DNA of 64,000 nucleotides, taken from Negativicutes bacterium. GTDB taxonomy: Bacteria > Bacillota > Negativicutes > UBA1444. A program made the translations under genes and the position numbers. The DNA lies in NCBI GenBank assembly GCA_963665275.2, contig CAXXIN010000018.1:352001-416000 (forward strand), in the 5' to 3' direction. Positions 10,481 to 20,555 of this stretch are shown here, one piece after another (position 1 is the stretch's first letter; each line of letters starts with the position of its first letter). The notes beneath the pieces are model-generated. The model saw only the letters and a list, made by a program, of their open reading frames with translations. It did not search any database and had not been told where the DNA came from.

Positions 10481-12196
10481 ATGAATTGGCAATTGATTGA
10501 AAGTCTGAAACAAAAAAAATCGCACGAAATCGGTGCGAAAATATCCGCCCCCGGGGCAAAAACCGGCTTTGCCCTGGTATTTCCCAACGAATATCACCTT
10601 GGAATGTCCAATCTGGGCTTTCAAATTATTTATCGGGAGATTAACTCACGTCATGATACTGCCTGTGAGCGGGCCTTTCTTCCTTCTCCGGTGGAAAGGC
10701 TAGAATATCAGCGCACGAACACCCCACTGATGACCATCGAGAATCAACGTCCGTTGGATGAGTTTTCTATGGTCGCTTTTGCGATTTCTTTTGAATTGGA
10801 CTATTTTAATGTGCTGGATATTTTACAGCTGGGCCGTATTCCCCTACGGTGTGATGAAAGAAGTGAGTCAGATCCGATCATCATAGCCGGCGGCCCTTGC
10901 GCCACTTTTAATCCAGAGCCGCTGTCGCCATTCATTGATGTGTTTGTGGTGGGTGAAGGAGAAGAAGTCATACAGGAACTTCTCGACGCATACCATTCAG
11001 GCGCAGCCGACGACGCATCAAGACAAAGTGTTCTGCGAGAAATGTCCCGCGTGCCGGGACTTTACGTGCCGGCTTTTCAGCCGGACACAATCAGAGTTGA
11101 CCGCCGCTGGGTCAAAGAATTGGACCGTTATTCCGGCGAGACCGCCATTGTGGCCAACGATATAGAGTTTGACAGCCTGTACCTGGTTGAAGTTGCCCGC
11201 GGCTGCGGCAGGCATTGCCGTTTCTGCATGGCAGGATATTGTTTTCGCCCCCCACGTTCCCGCTCGGTGGATACGGTACGCCAAGGTGTGATAAACGCCA
11301 CTGATCAAAACAAAAAAGTCGGTCTGGTGGGAGCTGCTGTTTCAGATTTTCCTGATATGGACCTGCTATGCGCCATGCTGTCGTCCCAGGCGACTGGAAC
11401 TTCCGTGGCTTCCTTGCGGGCGGATTCGACCACGCCGGCACTGGTGAAAATCCTGGCTGACAGCGGACACCGCACGATCACTTTGGCGCCGGAAGCCGGC
11501 AGCGAACGTTTGCGGCGAGTCATCAACAAGGGGATCAGCGAGGAAGCGCTGTTGGATACCGTGGCGATGGCTCTGTGTGCTGGCATCCCCAATGTTAAAT
11601 TGTATATTATGATTGGACTGCCAGAGGAAACGGACGAAGATATCGATGCGGTGCGGGATCTGGCGCTGAAAACGCTGCAATGCATGCAAGTGAGTGGACA
11701 CGCAGGAACTCTGACACTTAGTGTCAATCCGTTTGTGCCCAAACCGTTTACACCCTTTCAATGGCTGCCCATGGCCCGACAGTCGGTTGTATCCGCCCGG
11801 CTGAATCGATTGGAGAAATCCCTGAAGGGCGAGAAGCGGATCCGTATTCAGGCCGAGTCCTTGCGCGAGGCTTATATTCAAGGTGCGTTGGCTCGGGGAG
11901 ACCGGCGGCTTGGGCAGGCGCTTCTGGAAGCACATAGGTTGGGTGGCCGCAAACAGTGGAAACAGGCGTTGAAATTGCTTGGCATTTCTGATCAGGACTA
12001 TCTATATCGGGAATATACCCGAGAAGATCGCTTGCCCTGGGAAGTAATTGATGTAGGTGTTTCAAAGGAATATTTGTGGTCAGAATTGCAAAAAGCCCGG
12101 CAAGAGGCTGCAACTTCCGTATGTTCGCCGGGCTGCAAACGTTGTGGCGTGTGTGAGAAAAAGGAGAGTATGGGGTCAACCAAATGGGAGAATTGA
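10481..12196 (+). CDS. B12-binding-domain radical SAM protein (TIGR03960-like)
   Basis: FPNEYHLGMSNLG, GGPC..NPEP, RGCGRHCRFC, APEAGSERLR, FVPKPFTPFQW, C-terminal CxxCGVC. Confidence 0.85.
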   Translation: MNWQLIESLKQKKSHEIGAKISAPGAKTGFALVFPNEYHLGMSNLGFQIIYREINSRHDTACERAFLPSPVERLEYQRTNTPLMTIENQRPLDEFSMVAFAISFELDYFNVLDILQLGRIPLRCDERSESDPIIIAGGPCATFNPEPLSPFIDVFVVGEGEEVIQELLDAYHSGAADDASRQSVLREMSRVPGLYVPAFQPDTIRVDRRWVKELDRYSGETAIVANDIEFDSLYLVEVARGCGRHCRFCMAGYCFRPPRSRSVDTVRQGVINATDQNKKVGLVGAAVSDFPDMDLLCAMLSSQATGTSVASLRADSTTPALVKILADSGHRTITLAPEAGSERLRRVINKGISEEALLDTVAMALCAGIPNVKLYIMIGLPEETDEDIDAVRDLALKTLQCMQVSGHAGTLTLSVNPFVPKPFTPFQWLPMARQSVVSARLNRLEKSLKGEKRIRIQAESLREAYIQGALARGDRRLGQALLEAHRLGGRKQWKQALKLLGISDQDYLYREYTREDRLPWEVIDVGVSKEYLWSELQKARQEAATSVCSPGCKRCGVCEKKESMGSTKWEN

Positions 12197-12978
12197 TTTT
12201 TTCAGAGCATGAAAACGGAGTTCGTTGGGCAGCTTTTCCTGTTTTGTTGGAACAGGGTCTGCGTCATGGAATTTCCACCCGCCAAGGCGGTCACAGTGTA
12301 GATGGATTAGCCTCTTTGAATTTGGGCTTGAAAGTGAATGACAGCGCAGAAAATTTACGCAAAAATCGGCAAAAGTTCTGTCAGGCGGTTGGCGTGGATG
12401 ATTGCCGCGTTGTATCCTCAGGGCAAGTGCATGGAGACCATGTGGCAGTGGTCGATGAAAGACAGGCGGGGCAAAGACTGCCGGATACGGACGGCCTCGT
12501 GACTTGTACTTCGGGACTGCCGCTGCTATTGTTTTTCGCGGACTGTGTGCCGCTGCTATTCTATGACCCGGTTCGTAAAGTTATTGGGCTCAGCCATGCG
12601 GGTTGGAAAGGAACACACCAGTCCATCGGGCCGCGTACCTTGTCCGTTATGCAACACGCGTTTGGCACCGATCCGGAAGATTGTCTGATCGGAATCGGCC
12701 CTTCGATTGGACCCGCCGATTATGAGGTTGATGAGCCGGTCCTAAGACAAATTCAATCACGGTGGACTGAGACGGATTCCTTTATTCACAGTGGGCGACC
12801 CGGTCACTGGATGCTGGATCTTTGGGAGTGGAACCGGCTTCAGATGCTGGAGGCCGGGATTTCAGAAACGAAAATCTTCATTAGCGGCATCTCTACGGCC
12901 CAATATCCAGAACAGTTTTTTTCACACCGCGCGAGTGGAGGACGAGCTGGCCGGTTTGGGGTCTTGATGTCGCTTTGA
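12184..12978 (+). CDS. pgeF: peptidoglycan editing factor / YfiH-family purine nucleoside phosphorylase
   Basis: STRQGG.S, LNLG, QVHG, ADCVP, HAGWKG, GPSIG, FFSHR. Confidence 0.93.
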   Translation: MGELIFSEHENGVRWAAFPVLLEQGLRHGISTRQGGHSVDGLASLNLGLKVNDSAENLRKNRQKFCQAVGVDDCRVVSSGQVHGDHVAVVDERQAGQRLPDTDGLVTCTSGLPLLLFFADCVPLLFYDPVRKVIGLSHAGWKGTHQSIGPRTLSVMQHAFGTDPEDCLIGIGPSIGPADYEVDEPVLRQIQSRWTETDSFIHSGRPGHWMLDLWEWNRLQMLEAGISETKIFISGISTAQYPEQFFSHRASGGRAGRFGVLMSL

Positions 12979-13004
12979 CAGTTGAAACTCTCCAGCTATA
13001 TAAT
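12975..13004 (+). promoter_or_regulatory. sigma-A promoter upstream of yggS-sepF-proC
   Basis: TTGACA-N18-TATAAT. Confidence 0.55.
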
Positions 13005-13023
13005 TATAAATTGAAGTAGGGGA

Positions 13024-13704
13024 TTGGAGGCCAGTCCTTTGATTGAAGAAAATGTCGCGTTATTGCGTGATTGCCTGCCGGTCGATAAAGTTATTTTGGT
13101 TGCAGTCACCAAAACTCAGCCGCCAGAGGTCGTGCGTAGCGCTTTTGCCGCAGGCTTATCTGTGTTGGGCGAAAATCGGGTGCAGGAAGCTCTTGAAAAA
13201 GCGGCAGCCTTGTCTGATTTGCCTCTTGAATGGCATCTTATTGGTCATTTGCAAACCAATAAGGTTAAACAGGCTGTGTCTCTGTTTTCGCTGATCCACT
13301 CAGTTGACAGTCAACGATTGGCTGCTGAAATTGACCAATGTGCGAAAAATGCCGGCAAACTTCAAGATGTCTTATTGCAGGTCAATGTGGCCGGTGAGGA
13401 TACTAAAACCGGCGTCGCTCTTGAAGAAGTCGATGAATTGGCTGCTTTCATTGAGTCTTTGCCCAACATTCGACTTTGTGGTGTCATGACTATCGCACCT
13501 CTATTTGAGGATGCGGAACAGACTCGGCCAATTTTTCGGGCAACGCGCAGTATTTTCGAAAGACTAGGAAAAAAATCGGCGCATCCGGAAGCATTCCGAT
13601 GGCTTTCTATGGGAATGACCCATGATTACAGGGTTGCAGTGGAAGAAGGATCGAATATGGTTCGTATCGGGTCCGGCATATTTGGCGCCCGTACAACCCG
13701 GTAA
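13024..13704 (+). CDS. yggS: PLP homeostasis protein (YggS/YlmE family)
   Basis: VAVTK, GENRVQE, WHLIGHLQTNK, LSMGMT.DY, VRIGS. Confidence 0.95.
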   Translation: MEASPLIEENVALLRDCLPVDKVILVAVTKTQPPEVVRSAFAAGLSVLGENRVQEALEKAAALSDLPLEWHLIGHLQTNKVKQAVSLFSLIHSVDSQRLAAEIDQCAKNAGKLQDVLLQVNVAGEDTKTGVALEEVDELAAFIESLPNIRLCGVMTIAPLFEDAEQTRPIFRATRSIFERLGKKSAHPEAFRWLSMGMTHDYRVAVEEGSNMVRIGSGIFGARTTR

Positions 13705-13718
13705 AAGGAGGAAGCGAA

Positions 13719-14258
13719 TTGAAGCTTCTCGATAAAATATGGGGCCTGCTTGGTCTGGTAGAGACCGAGGACTCGGAAGATACGCCTCAGGGTGCTGCGG
13801 ACAAATCGGTAGCCCGCATTGAACGAAAAACCGAGCGCCCCGCAAGGTCCTTGGAGGAAAGTAAATCACGCCGGCTTACCCAGGGGGAAACGAATCCTCC
13901 GGTTCCGAACGTTTCTCTCCCGGTCAGAGCGAATCCTGCTGTTTTGCCTGAATTCAATGATTCGGGTGAGAATCGGGGGACAGTGGTCATTACACAGCCG
14001 ACAAGCTTTGACGATGCCCGGCAAATTGCTGAAAACCTGACAAATGGCAAGACTGTGTTCGTTAATTTTGAAAAGACGGATGCTGACACAATAAAACGCA
14101 CCGTTGATTTTATGAGCGGTATTACCTACGCAGTTGGGGGAACCGTGCAAAGGATTTCCAGCGAGATCTTTTTGTTTGCGCCGTCTTTGGTGGAAATCGT
14201 TGCGAACGAACGTTTTGCAGATGGAGAACAGGATGCGTTGCCATGGCGGCGATCCTGA
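13719..14258 (+). CDS. sepF: cell division protein SepF
   Basis: N-terminal amphipathic helix; P.SFDDA, VNFE, DFMSG..YA..G; ylm cluster position. Confidence 0.92.
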   Translation: MKLLDKIWGLLGLVETEDSEDTPQGAADKSVARIERKTERPARSLEESKSRRLTQGETNPPVPNVSLPVRANPAVLPEFNDSGENRGTVVITQPTSFDDARQIAENLTNGKTVFVNFEKTDADTIKRTVDFMSGITYAVGGTVQRISSEIFLFAPSLVEIVANERFADGEQDALPWRRS

Positions 14259-14277
14259 AATTAAGGGAGTGTGCATA

Positions 14278-15093
14278 ATGCTAGCCAACAAAAAAATTGG
14301 ATTCATCGGTGGCGGCGCCATGTGCGAGGCGTTGATGGGTGGGCTTATTTCCAGTGAAATGTTGAAACCGTCACAGGTGACAGTCTATGATGTCGTCAAG
14401 GAACGGTTGCATTACCTCAAGGAACGTCACGGTGTGCATATTGCGGAAACCGGCCAAGCTGTTGCGTCAGCCGCTGATATTCTGTTTTTGACAGTTAAAC
14501 CTCAAGTGATGGCAGCAGTGCTCTCCGATATCGCCAAGTATGTGCCAAAGAAAACCCTGGTCGTTTCGATTGCGGCTGGCATCAAAATTTCTACTCTCGA
14601 AAAATATTTACTTGGCGTGCCCGTCGTCCGGGTTATGCCCAATACACCAGTCGCCGTCGGCGAGGGCATGTCGGCCGTATCTCGGGGAACGCATGCGGAT
14701 GAGGCGGCCGCCAATCTAGTTTCGGCGATGTTCTCCGCTGTCGGGCGGTCCGTTCAGGTCGATGAATCCATGATGGATGCCGTAACCGGTTTGTCTGGTA
14801 GCGGGCCGGCATTCTTCTTTCTGATGCTGGACGCGTTATCAGATGCAGGGGTGCGTGTAGGTTTTTCCCGTCAAAACGCATTGTTGCTTTCGGCGCAGAC
14901 GATGCTCGGAGCTGCAAAAATGGTGCTCGAAACTGGCGAACATCCGGGAAAACTCAAAGATATGGTCACTTCTCCTGGCGGAACCGCCATCAGCGGTGTG
15001 CATATGCTGGAGACACACTCCATCCGGGCTTCCCTGATCGAGGCTGTTGTGGCAGCGACTGCCCGCTCGCGTGATATGGGCAAGGATCAATAA
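14278..15093 (+). CDS. proC: pyrroline-5-carboxylate reductase
   Basis: GFIGGGAM, VKPQ, RVMPNTP, TGLSGSGPA, VTSPGGT. Confidence 0.96.
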   Translation: MLANKKIGFIGGGAMCEALMGGLISSEMLKPSQVTVYDVVKERLHYLKERHGVHIAETGQAVASAADILFLTVKPQVMAAVLSDIAKYVPKKTLVVSIAAGIKISTLEKYLLGVPVVRVMPNTPVAVGEGMSAVSRGTHADEAAANLVSAMFSAVGRSVQVDESMMDAVTGLSGSGPAFFFLMLDALSDAGVRVGFSRQNALLLSAQTMLGAAKMVLETGEHPGKLKDMVTSPGGTAISGVHMLETHSIRASLIEAVVAATARSRDMGKDQ

Positions 15094-15881
15094 TGATTGA
15101 CCGCGAAAAAATTCTTCGATATTATCGATCTACAGGCGATCAGGAATTAGCGGCCCGGATTCTTGATGCGGCGGAAGCTGCGATCCGCAGCCGGCGTTCG
15201 TTCGTAACAGAATTTCTGGACCCCCACAGCTATTCAATTGCAGAAACGGTGGCTGCGTATGAAGATGCTTTGTCGCTTCAGTCCCAGGGAGGATTTGAAA
15301 CGGCGGAACGGGTAAAAGCGGCGTTTGTTTGCAAAGACTTTCGGGGTGAGGTTGTATTCCCGATCGAAGCGGTTGCAGTGGAATGGGATTCGCGTTATTA
15401 CCAGCTGACTCATCGCGATGTTCTCGGCGGCTTGTTGGGCCTCGGAATAAAGCGTGGCGTCATAGGTGACATTTTGATGGTTTCCAGTGGGTGCCAAATC
15501 GTTGCTGATTCTTCAATTCTGCCTTTTTTGCTCAATGAACTTCAGCGAATCGGCGCCGCTAATGTCAAGGCTAAACGGATTGAATTGACTGATTTGCAGC
15601 CACGCCCTGAAACGGTCAAGGAGATTCGCGCCACAGTTGCGTCGTTGCGGTTGGATTCGGTAGCAGCTGCAGGTTTTGGCGTTTCAAGAACCCAGATGAC
15701 GGAGGAAATCCAGTCCGAAAAAGTGAAAGTCAACTGGAAGGATGTGAAAAGTCCGGCTCAGATCGTCAAGGCCGGCGATGTGATTTCTTTTCGGGGGCGC
15801 GGCAGGGTTGAAGTTCTTGAAATTACTGGACAGACAAAAAAGGGACGAACCGGGGTCTTGTTGAAAAGATATATAGGATAA
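15093..15881 (+). CDS. ylmH: YlmH/Sll1252 S4-domain RNA-binding protein
   Basis: FLDP, GG..AER, HRDVLG.L, SLRLD, S4 domain RGRGR. Confidence 0.9.
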   Translation: MIDREKILRYYRSTGDQELAARILDAAEAAIRSRRSFVTEFLDPHSYSIAETVAAYEDALSLQSQGGFETAERVKAAFVCKDFRGEVVFPIEAVAVEWDSRYYQLTHRDVLGGLLGLGIKRGVIGDILMVSSGCQIVADSSILPFLLNELQRIGAANVKAKRIELTDLQPRPETVKEIRATVASLRLDSVAAAGFGVSRTQMTEEIQSEKVKVNWKDVKSPAQIVKAGDVISFRGRGRVEVLEITGQTKKGRTGVLLKRYIG

Positions 15882-15914
15882 ATCTGTTTACCATTAATGG
15901 GAAGGGGTGGACTT

Positions 15915-16367
15915 GTGCTGACACCGCTGGATATTCTGAACAAGAAATTCAAAAAAGAATTTCGGGGCTATGATTCTGCCGCCGTCGATGAATTTATGGC
16001 AGAAGCTGCCAAGAACCATGAGCGTCTACTGCAGGAAAGTATGGATCTGAAGGAAGCGGTTGAACGCTTGACGACTAAGCTGGAACATTATCAGCATATG
16101 GAAACCACCTTGCACAGCACGCTAGTGATAGCGCAGGAAACGGCTGAAGAAGTGAAGCTGAACGCAAAGCGCGAATGCGAACTGATGATGAAGGAAATGG
16201 AAGTTCGCGGGCAGCGGATGCTGGATGAAACCTCCGCTAAAGTCCGGCGAATGAATGTTGAATATGAAGAACTGCGCAAACAGGCGCAGGTTTTTCGGAT
16301 TCGTCAAAAAACTCTGCTGGCGGCACAGCTTGAGATGTTGAAAAAAGACGAAGAAGATGATAACTGA
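15915..16367 (+). CDS. divIVA: DivIVA domain cell division protein
   Basis: LTPLDI.NK.F...FRGY...VDEF followed by coiled coil. Confidence 0.9.
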   Translation: MLTPLDILNKKFKKEFRGYDSAAVDEFMAEAAKNHERLLQESMDLKEAVERLTTKLEHYQHMETTLHSTLVIAQETAEEVKLNAKRECELMMKEMEVRGQRMLDETSAKVRRMNVEYEELRKQAQVFRIRQKTLLAAQLEMLKKDEEDDN

Positions 16368-16369
16368 GC

Positions 16370-16675
16370 TTGAATACGGATGAATTATCCCTCCGAGACT
16401 CCCAGGAAGGAGTTTCGATCGGTATTCGAGTGCAGCCACGGGCTGGACGCAACAAAATTCAGGGAATTCACGACGGAGCATTGAAATTGGCTGTGGCTGC
16501 CGCTCCGGTTGAAGGGGAAGCAACCCGTCAGTGTCTGAGGTTTCTGGCGGATATTTTTGATGTATCTCCATCGCGAATCACATTATTATCGGGAGCACAG
16601 TCAAGGAACAAAGTCTTTCGCATCAACGGAATAGATTCGGGAACCTGTCGGCAAATCCTCGAGCGGATTTACTAA
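16370..16675 (+). CDS. DUF167/YggU family protein
   Basis: VQPRA, LKLAV.AAPVEGEA, G.QSRNK. Confidence 0.85.
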   Translation: MNTDELSLRDSQEGVSIGIRVQPRAGRNKIQGIHDGALKLAVAAAPVEGEATRQCLRFLADIFDVSPSRITLLSGAQSRNKVFRINGIDSGTCRQILERIY

Positions 16676-16712
16676 TCCGATAAAGGAAATAGAGGTGGGA
16701 GGGTGATTTTAA

Positions 16713-17996
16713 ATGGCTCAAATCCACATCCCTTATGCCAGGACCCATTTAGTACTGGAAGTACCTGATAGCCGTTTGCTGGGTATCCTTGAATCGAAAG
16801 CTCATCATTTTGTGCCTGAACAGAGTCAGGAGGAACTTGTGCGGCAGGCATTGCACAATCCAATCGCATCACCTCGCCTCAGAGACCTGGCTCATGGCAA
16901 AAAGAAAATTGTCATAATTGCTAGTGACCATACACGTCCAGTACCGACTCGAATTATTGCTCCTGCGATGCTGGCGGAAATCCGAGAGGGAAACCCTACA
17001 GCTGAGGTCGTTTTTTTAATTGCAACAGGCTTTCACCGGCCAATGTCGCCTGAGGAATTGGAAAATAAATTTGGCTCGGAGCTGATGACGGCTGAGAAAA
17101 TCGTAATGCATGATTGCCGCGATGAGAACTCGATGGTGAAAATCGGTCAACTGCCGTCCGGCGGGGATATCGTTATCAATAAACTCGCGATGGAGGCAGA
17201 CTTGCTGATTGCGGAAGGCTTCATCGAGCCGCATTTTTTCGCCGGATTTTCCGGTGGTCGCAAGAGTATTCTGCCGGGCATCGTCAGTCGGGTAACTGTC
17301 TTAGCCAATCATTGTTCCGAATTCATCGCGCATGAGAATGCCCGCGCCGGAGTTCTGGACGGAAATCCGCTACATGTGGATATGATTTCAGCAGCCAGAC
17401 AGGCTAAACTTGCTTTTATCCTGAACGTGGTGATTGATGCTGATAAAAAGATCATTCGTGCGTTTGCAGGCGATATGGAAGCCGCTCATTTGGAAGGGTG
17501 CCGATTCGTCAAAGATCTGGCGTCGGTCCAGGCGGTTCCGGCTGATATCGTGGTAACTTCCAACGGTGGATATCCTTTGGATCAAAACATCTACCAGGCG
17601 GTAAAAGGGATGTCGGCGGCAGAGGCTACATGCAAACCCGGTGGCGTGATCATCATTGCGGCGGCCTGCAACGACGGACATGGCGGGCAGGCTTTTTATG
17701 ACTGGTTCCGTGATGCAAAAGACGGCGCCGCTGAAGTGATGTGCAAGATTCTGGAGATTGGACGGGAAGCGACTGTGGCCGACCAGTGGGAGGCGCAGAT
17801 CGCAGCGCGCATTCAATTGAAACATACGACAATTATTGTTAGTGATGAATGTGAGCATGAAGTGATTGAAAATATGTATTTCAAGTCGGCCCGTACCTTG
17901 GCTGAAGCGATGGCGATGGCCGAAGCGGTGGTTGGAAAGAATGCGACGGTTACCGTTATACCGGATGGCGTATCTGTGATTATTGATCCAGCATAA
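16713..17996 (+). CDS. larA: nickel-pincer-dependent lactate racemase family protein
   Basis: SDHTRP, ATGFHR, EPHFFAGFSGGRKS, NH, YQAVKG. Confidence 0.92.
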   Translation: MAQIHIPYARTHLVLEVPDSRLLGILESKAHHFVPEQSQEELVRQALHNPIASPRLRDLAHGKKKIVIIASDHTRPVPTRIIAPAMLAEIREGNPTAEVVFLIATGFHRPMSPEELENKFGSELMTAEKIVMHDCRDENSMVKIGQLPSGGDIVINKLAMEADLLIAEGFIEPHFFAGFSGGRKSILPGIVSRVTVLANHCSEFIAHENARAGVLDGNPLHVDMISAARQAKLAFILNVVIDADKKIIRAFAGDMEAAHLEGCRFVKDLASVQAVPADIVVTSNGGYPLDQNIYQAVKGMSAAEATCKPGGVIIIAAACNDGHGGQAFYDWFRDAKDGAAEVMCKILEIGREATVADQWEAQIAARIQLKHTTIIVSDECEHEVIENMYFKSARTLAEAMAMAEAVVGKNATVTVIPDGVSVIIDPA

Positions 17997-18031
17997 CGTG
18001 TTCTTGCTGTTTTCTTATTAACGGTATGAAA

Positions 18032-18077
18032 ATAACAAAAGCTGTGCGAAACCTTGGTTTTGCACAGCTTTTGTTAT
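18032..18077. terminator. long hairpin terminator after larA
   Basis: ATAACAAAAGCTGTGCGAAA/TTTTGCACAGCTTTTGTTAT inverted repeat. Confidence 0.75.
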
Positions 18078-18247
18078 GGGTAATCGAACTATAGAATTTA
18101 TAATATTTTACAAATTCTACGTAAAATTGTTTGCAAAAATATTTTTTTTAGTCCCCAACAACTTGCCATTGTGATATACTACATAAGTAATAAGCGTACC
18201 ATAGTGTCACCTAATTTTCAGACTAGTATATTAAATTTAGGGGGAGT

Positions 18248-19306
18248 ATGATGGTAACCAGAATAGGAATCAATGGTTTTGGCCGTATCGGGAGAATGTG
18301 TTTGAGGGCGGCATTGCAGAATGACGATATAGAAGTTGTTGCCATGAATAGTACTTCGAACGCGGAAGCTTCAGCCCGTCTTTTAAAATATGATTCGATC
18401 CATGGGCGACTATCGAATGAAATTGAAGCAACCGACAACGAGATCATCATTGACGGGAAGGTCATCAAAGTCCTGTCTGATAGAAATCCGACCAATCTTC
18501 CATGGGGAAAGCTTGGTGTTGATATCGTTCTTGAAGCAACGGGGAAATTCACTTCTGGTAAAGATTGCGGCGTTCATTTGCGAAATGGTGCGAAAAAAGT
18601 GATTATTACCGCACCGGCGAAAGATTCGGTGCCGACCCTTGTGATGGGAGTAAACGAACAAAGTTATAACCCGAAAGTGCATCATGTGGTGTCCAACGCC
18701 TCGTGTACGACGAATTGCCTGGCTCCAGTCGTAAAGGTTCTTAATGATAAGTTCCGAATTGTGAACGGCTTAATGTCAACGGTGCATGCCTTTACCACCG
18801 ATCAGCGCAGTTTGGATAACAGTCATAATGATCCTCGCCGGTCCAGAAGTTGCATGCAGTCAATTGTTCCAACCTCAACGGGTGCTGCAAAGGCAATAGG
18901 TTTGGTAATTCCTGAGCTCAAAGGGAAATTGAACGGAGTTTCCGTTCGAGTCCCGGTTCCGAACGTTTCTTTAGTTGATCTGGTTGTTGAGCTGGAACAG
19001 GATATTACGGTGGATATCATCAATGAATCCTTTCGTCAGGCTGCGCGAACTTCAATGCGCGGCATTCTTGAATACTGCGATGAACCGCTGGTTTCAATTG
19101 ACTTTTTGGATAACAGTCACTCCGCAATTGTTGATTCGTTGTCGACCTTGGCCGTGGGCAAACGGACAGTCAAGGTTTTAGCCTGGTATGATAACGAGTG
19201 GGGTTATTCCTGCCGTGTAATAGATTTGGCAGCTTATGTAGGTGCAAGTCTCTCTTCAGAAGGAAATTGCGAATTGGAAAATCAAGCACTGGCGATCAAT
19301 ATCTGA
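18248..19306 (+). CDS. gap: type I glyceraldehyde-3-phosphate dehydrogenase, GapB-like (NADP-type signature)
   Basis: GINGFGRIGR, ASCTTNCL, WYDNEWGYS; MNST instead of IND and DNSH in the S-loop. Confidence 0.95.
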   Translation: MMVTRIGINGFGRIGRMCLRAALQNDDIEVVAMNSTSNAEASARLLKYDSIHGRLSNEIEATDNEIIIDGKVIKVLSDRNPTNLPWGKLGVDIVLEATGKFTSGKDCGVHLRNGAKKVIITAPAKDSVPTLVMGVNEQSYNPKVHHVVSNASCTTNCLAPVVKVLNDKFRIVNGLMSTVHAFTTDQRSLDNSHNDPRRSRSCMQSIVPTSTGAAKAIGLVIPELKGKLNGVSVRVPVPNVSLVDLVVELEQDITVDIINESFRQAARTSMRGILEYCDEPLVSIDFLDNSHSAIVDSLSTLAVGKRTVKVLAWYDNEWGYSCRVIDLAAYVGASLSSEGNCELENQALAINI

Positions 19307-19321
19307 TGAACTGCTTTCAGT

Positions 19322-20554
19322 TTAGGCACTTTCCTTTCCCTCAAGATGAGCGATGAATTGTTGAGCAATTCGACCCGAACGGCCCGAATGGGCCGTTTCC
19401 CATTTGATGGCTTCGGCACGCAGTTCAGCAGTCTCCATTTTGAGTCTGCGTTTACGGGCTATTGATTCGACGATGCGAAGATATTCCTCCTGATTGGGCG
19501 GCGCAAAGGTCAATGTTATGCCAAATCGGTCAGAGAGGGATATCTTTTCATTTACCGTATCCCAGGAATGAATATCATCAGAATTGGCGCCAGTCCTGTC
19601 ACTCCATGTTTCCTTCACCAGATGCCGTCGGTTGGACGTAGCATAAATGAGGACATTTTCCGGCTTCATTTCGACGCCACCTTCCATCATTGATTTAAGA
19701 TGGCGGTATTCAACTTCAAATTCCTCAAAAGATAAATCATCCATAAATAAAATGAATTTCTTCCCTCGTTCCCGGAGGGTTTGCATGATCTGGGACAGAT
19801 TTCGCAGATCATGCTTGGTGATTTCCACGAGGCGAAGGCCCTGATCGGAATATTGATTGAGTAAGGCTTTTACCGCAGAGGATTTGCCGGTGCCGCGTGA
19901 CCCGACGAGCAACACATTGTTGGCAGGCTTCCCCTTAATAAACGCTTCCGTATTTTGGGTAAGAACCGCCTTTTGGCGTTCGTAGCCGACCAAGTCATCC
20001 ATTTGGATTCGGTCTGGATGGCGAACCGGCATGAGTCCGCTTTCGATATCCCAGCGAAACACTTTGTAACGCGCCATATCTCCATAACCATGACGGACAT
20101 AATGATCAGTGAGTAATAATAGCGCATGATCAAACGACGAAATCTCCGGTCGGTTAAAAAAAACGCAGCGAAGACTATGAAGGGCGGCGTGCTGTTTGGC
20201 CCTCGTGGGAAGATAGTCCCTAACGAGTGCATCAACATCTTCCGCAAGGTTGTCTGTTCCCAAGAACAGCCGCAAGATTTCCAAGTCATGTGCGACAGCT
20301 TTCAGCAAACTGGGTCCAACCCGGCCGCCGTTTTTTTCTGCCGTAATACTAAAAGGATTTTCATCTTCAGCAATGAGATGAAGAAGATATTCTGCAATTA
20401 CATTACCTTCCAATGAAAGCTCTTCTGCCGCACCGAGCAGGGCAGAGGTTTTCTCTGGCAGGGGAGCATCGCTGCGAAGAAGTCTAATCAATTTATCCTG
20501 CAAGATTCCTCTGAAAACAACTAGGCAATCAAGCGTTTTCCATTGGTACGCCAT
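19322..20554 (-). CDS. DUF815 AAA+ ATP-binding protein
   Basis: PANNVLL.GSRGTGKSS, FMDDLSFE, YATSNRRHL, SLSDRFG, SGR.A; ATG after AAGGAG. Confidence 0.88.
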   Translation of the reverse strand: MAYQWKTLDCLVVFRGILQDKLIRLLRSDAPLPEKTSALLGAAEELSLEGNVIAEYLLHLIAEDENPFSITAEKNGGRVGPSLLKAVAHDLEILRLFLGTDNLAEDVDALVRDYLPTRAKQHAALHSLRCVFFNRPEISSFDHALLLLTDHYVRHGYGDMARYKVFRWDIESGLMPVRHPDRIQMDDLVGYERQKAVLTQNTEAFIKGKPANNVLLVGSRGTGKSSAVKALLNQYSDQGLRLVEITKHDLRNLSQIMQTLRERGKKFILFMDDLSFEEFEVEYRHLKSMMEGGVEMKPENVLIYATSNRRHLVKETWSDRTGANSDDIHSWDTVNEKISLSDRFGITLTFAPPNQEEYLRIVESIARKRRLKMETAELRAEAIKWETAHSGRSGRIAQQFIAHLEGKESA

Positions 20555-20555
20555 A

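Noticed and set aside
18169-18186. Rex-like site TTGTGATATACTACATAA upstream of gap
   Set aside because: Three mismatches to TTGTGAA-N4-TTCACAA in AT-rich DNA, and it may simply contain the -10 element
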